Shown: positions 8,796 to 11,183 of the stretch, one piece after another
How the letters are laid out: the number at the start of each line of letters is the position of its first letter
Numbering within the stretch: the first letter of the stretch is position 1
From: Candidatus Velthaea sp.
Lineage (GTDB): Bacteria; Vulcanimicrobiota; Vulcanimicrobiia; Vulcanimicrobiales; Vulcanimicrobiaceae
Assembly: GCA_050012475.1 (NCBI GenBank)
Contig: JBEKHC010000129.1
Coordinates: 1 to 11,183 of the forward strand
Direction of reading: 5' to 3'
Length of the DNA stretch: 11,183 nucleotides
Made by a program: the position numbers and the translations under genes
The notes under the pieces: generated by a model
Seen by the model: the letters and a program-made list of their open reading frames with translations, nothing else
Told to the model about the DNA's origin: nothing
Databases searched by the model: none

Positions 8796-8851
8796 CACGA
8801 CTTTAGTCGTGTTTTAGCCCTTTGCATGCCATCCTGGCGAGCATGCCATCC
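8796..8851. promoter_or_regulatory. Palindrome plus 11-bp direct repeat upstream of the sensor phosphatase
   Basis: cacgact-tt-agtcgtg at 8796-8811; gcatgccatcc at 8824-8834 and 8841-8851. Function not established. Confidence 0.35.
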
Positions 8852-8853
8852 GT

Positions 8854-9109
8854 TTACTCGCCACGCTCGTCAACAACGATCACGTCGAGTTTGGTGTGAT
8901 CGATGGGACGAAGTCCGAAGGTCGGGCGGTGGCACGGAGGGCTCCGCCCCGGAGATTGATCGCAGGCCCGCGATGGGAAGTCGCTCAAGCTCGCCTGTCT
9001 CGACGTCGCGCGCGACGACGGTCTCGAAGCTGATCACTTGCATGATCGCGAATCGGCGCTCGCCGTAGTCCACTTCGCTGCCGGGCTTTAAGGCAAGGTT
9101 CGAGCCCAT
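8854..9109 (-). pseudogene. tnsB: Second, internally deleted tnsB/tniA-like remnant
   Basis: MGSNLALKPGSEVDYGERRFAIMQVISFETVVARDVETGELERLPIAGLRS aligns with the first copy's LSLTEGAEVRCGDRFLVVRQALGSDAVLVEDPQTGEIERLGIGDLRS. It is followed in another frame by IDHTKLDVIVVDERGE* (8904-8854), the first catalytic-Asp motif. Bases 8884-8904 are identical to 1130-1150 (21 nt). GGAG lies upstream of ATG 9109. Confidence 0.88.
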
Positions 9110-9414
9110 AACGACGCACTCCGAAAACGCTTCCGACGGCAGCTCGGCGAATATCCTCGTCTGAAACCCGGTGGCGCCAGCTTGCCGTATTGCAAACTCA
9201 GTTGCGTTACCTTCGATACGTCAGTGGCAAGTTCTGCGCAGAAGCGCTGCACGATGCACTCGCCGCAGTTGCTTTCACTTCTCAATCTCACAGCCACGCC
9301 GAACGCGCCGAACCGGCACGCGGCATGGGGCTTTTTTGTCTTCAACAACGCGGCGCTGGCGGCAAGCACATTCTGTTTGGAAATCGGCAGCAATGCGCTG
9401 ATTGCCGATATCGA

Positions 9415-9804
9415 TTAAAGTTTTACGCGCTGCGAATCGTTTGCCGCCGAACAATCCTGCGGACCGACTCCAGAAGGTTGGTGCATGACCAAGTGGAGAT
9501 CGACGGTTGTCGTTCCGGCGGCGGCGTCGGTGGCGCGCTGCACGTCGTACGGGAACGTGTACTTCGCGCCAGCGGCTAGCGGCGGCACACCCTTTTCGCC
9601 GTTCTTTGCGCGGTCCAGCCGGATCTCGACCGACTGCAGCACGTTGCTGCGCTGGCCGCTCGAACCGACGTTCGTGACGGTGACTCTCAGCGTGTAGGTG
9701 GTTAGCCCTCCGTTCGAGGTCTGGGTCGTCGTGACGTTGGTGATGGCTGGATCCGCTCCGTGGCAAGCCGCGAACGCGGTGAGGAGAGCAAGCATAGCTA
9801 TCAT
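9415..9804 (-). CDS. Small secreted beta-rich protein (Ig/CARDB-like), 129 aa
   Basis: Hydrophobic leader MIAMLALLTAFAA-C; TLRVTVTNVG and PPLAAGAKYTF resemble CARDB-type strands; two Cys near the termini; AAGGA RBS upstream. Confidence 0.75.
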   Translation of the reverse strand: MIAMLALLTAFAACHGADPAITNVTTTQTSNGGLTTYTLRVTVTNVGSSGQRSNVLQSVEIRLDRAKNGEKGVPPLAAGAKYTFPYDVQRATDAAAGTTTVDLHLVMHQPSGVGPQDCSAANDSQRVKL

Positions 9805-9810
9805 GGTTCA

Positions 9811-9831
9811 GTCCTTGTGACCGTCCTTGTG
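9811..9831 (-). promoter_or_regulatory. Tandem CACAAGGAC motifs overlapping the RBS
   Basis: gtccttgtg at 9811-9819 and 9823-9831; mRNA sense CACAAGGAC-ggt-CACAAGGAC-tgaacc-ATG(9804). Confidence 0.45.
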
Positions 9832-9910
9832 CCCATAAAAGCTTTCCCTCGCTCGCAAAGCCATCGGGCTCCGGGTGCGGCGCACTGCTCGACCCTTGAC
9901 CGCGACACGC

Positions 9911-10226
9911 AGCCGCCAAGACAGCGTTCGGCTGGGCGTCACCGCGCTATCGGAGCACTCCGCCGGCATTCTCGTGCACGACGGGGCGCGGCCGCTGGTG
10001 CGGGCGCACGATATTCGGGCCGGGATGCGTGTCGTGCGGCCTGGCTGCGCCTCGCTGCTGGCCAAACGCCGCCAGTTGCGGCCGCCCGCGATCTGCGCCG
10101 CGTCCACGCCGATGCGGTACGACCTGAGTTGGCCGCCCGTAACCGACGATGCGGCGCTGCTCGAACGCGGCGGCGCCAGCGTCCATGTCCGTACCGGCAT
10201 CCGCGGGTAACTTTAAAGTGACGCTT
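9911..10226 (+). pseudogene. ispD: Degenerate 2-C-methyl-D-erythritol 4-phosphate cytidylyltransferase fragment
   Basis: IspD motifs in the correct order across shifting frames: SRQDSV (9911), LVHDGARPLV (HDGARP at 9977-9994), QTP (10063), TDDAALLE (10142), GNFKVTL (to 10226). The N-terminal nucleotide-binding loop and the DTIK segment are missing. Confidence 0.85.
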
Positions 10227-10229
10227 CAG

Positions 10230-10513
10230 CGTCCGGGCGCCGGCGGCCGGGGCCGGGGTGGCGCGCGCCGTGGTCGGGCCGAAGATTTCCCGCCACATCG
10301 GCATCGATACCGGCATCAGCGAGTCCACCGCAGGGCCAGGACCTGGCGCGACCTCCCGGTCCGCATGAGATAATCGATGTCCTCGACGAGCGCATAGCGA
10401 GCGCTCAATGTGGCGGTGTCGGGTTCAGCGGCTCGGACGGCGGACAGTACGGGCGGGGGCGGAGGATTCGCAAAGTTCGGCTCGGCAGCCGAAACGATGG
10501 TCAGTGACTTCAT
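10230..10513 (-). other. Possible small Pro/Ala-rich hypothetical gene remnant
   Basis: ORF 10316..10513 can be joined to the 9939..10328 frame by one extra G at ~10355 (LMRTG/EVAPGPGPAVDSLMPVSMPMWREIFG). No recognisable motif, and it runs into the antisense of ispD without its own stop. Confidence 0.3.
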
Positions 10514-10583
10514 GACCGAACCATAGCGGCGGGCCGGTCCGCCGAATATCCGTGCCGGTACCGAATTTTACGCCCCGGCTACG

Positions 10584-11183
10584 GATTTCCGGGATCGTTT
10601 CAGCCCAATTCGACGCGTTGGGGCGGCGCCACGGCCAGGGCCTCAGCCCGTTCTCTTTTACAATAACTCTCGATAGAGTTCGCGCACTGCCTTTTTATCT
10701 TCAGTTCCATGGCATAAGAAGACGCGAAGTCTTGCTGCCGGACGCCACGCCTCGGACTTCTCGTCTTCTGAACTCTGCTCAATTGGTGGCAGAGGCGCCA
10801 GCGCAGCGAGTTCGCCAACCGGCGTCATCGAAGTGCCAGCAACGCGCCTCAGGTGAAACTTCAAACGTACGTAACCGTCGACTCCATCAAGCTCGTAGTA
10901 GGGTGTTGGGGAGCAACGGAACAGAAAACTCGTCATCGTACCCTATTCGGAAGCAGAAGGTCAACTCACGAGGGCATATCTCTGGCTTGGTTATTGCGCG
11001 CTTGGCCTGCTGCTGCCAAGCACGGTGCCGATAAGTTTGCACAGCACCACGTAAGTCTCTATAGCAAGCGCCGAAAACCGCTCAAACGCTCCGGGCACGA
11101 AGATCGGACCGTTCGAAGACCAAATCGCGCCGTCGCTTAAGCGGTGCACGTAAGCTGACAACTTCGCATCGTGGAGCTCGTTT
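10584..11183 (-). pseudogene. Broken gene with a C-terminal TIR (TIR_2-like) domain, entering from the right edge
   Basis: LRVFLCHGTEDKKAVRELYREL (from 10729) is a typical bacterial TIR betaA-alphaA start. TAA at 10658-10660, then a shifted frame gives ENGLRPW (10655-10635) and NWAETIPEI (10610-10584). Open minus-strand segments upstream reach the window edge via further shifts, so assigning them to the same gene is less certain. Confidence 0.7.

Noticed and set aside
9383..9409. atcggca...tgccgat inverted repeat after the secreted-protein gene as a terminator
   Set aside because: 7-bp stem, 13-nt loop and a weak U-tract; too weak to call.
11114..11160. cgaagaccaaatc and minus-strand TGTCAGCTT resembling the motifs at 5002 and 1985
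   Set aside because: Short matches inside an apparently coding segment, and their relative orientation does not fit one transposon end.

Overview
GC-rich bacterial accessory region that looks like a mosaic of mobile-element and gene remnants around two intact genes. Left to right: (1) a Tn5053/Tn7-superfamily DDE transposase (TnsB/TniA-like, minus strand, one frameshift) running off the left edge, where its C-terminus reads in frame into a tyrosine-recombinase box-II-like motif; (2) its probable TGT-starting end at 1985, which cuts a gene made of near-identical 138-bp TPR repeats; (3) a split hypothetical gene whose C-terminal part is much lower in GC; (4) a RecB/Cas4-like PD-(D/E)XK nuclease with its C-terminal CEWC behind a frameshift; (5) an intact 1192-aa membrane sensor (TM-GAF-PAS-GAF-GAF-PP2C/SpoIIE-HATPase); (6) a second, internally deleted tnsB remnant; (7) a small intact secreted protein; (8) a degenerate ispD fragment; (9) a broken TIR-domain gene entering from the right edge. 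TPR, TIR, nuclease and TnsB together suggest a decayed conflict/defence-type island. I see no complete novel system, CRISPR array or RNA gene. All family calls come from reading motifs by eye, without database searches.
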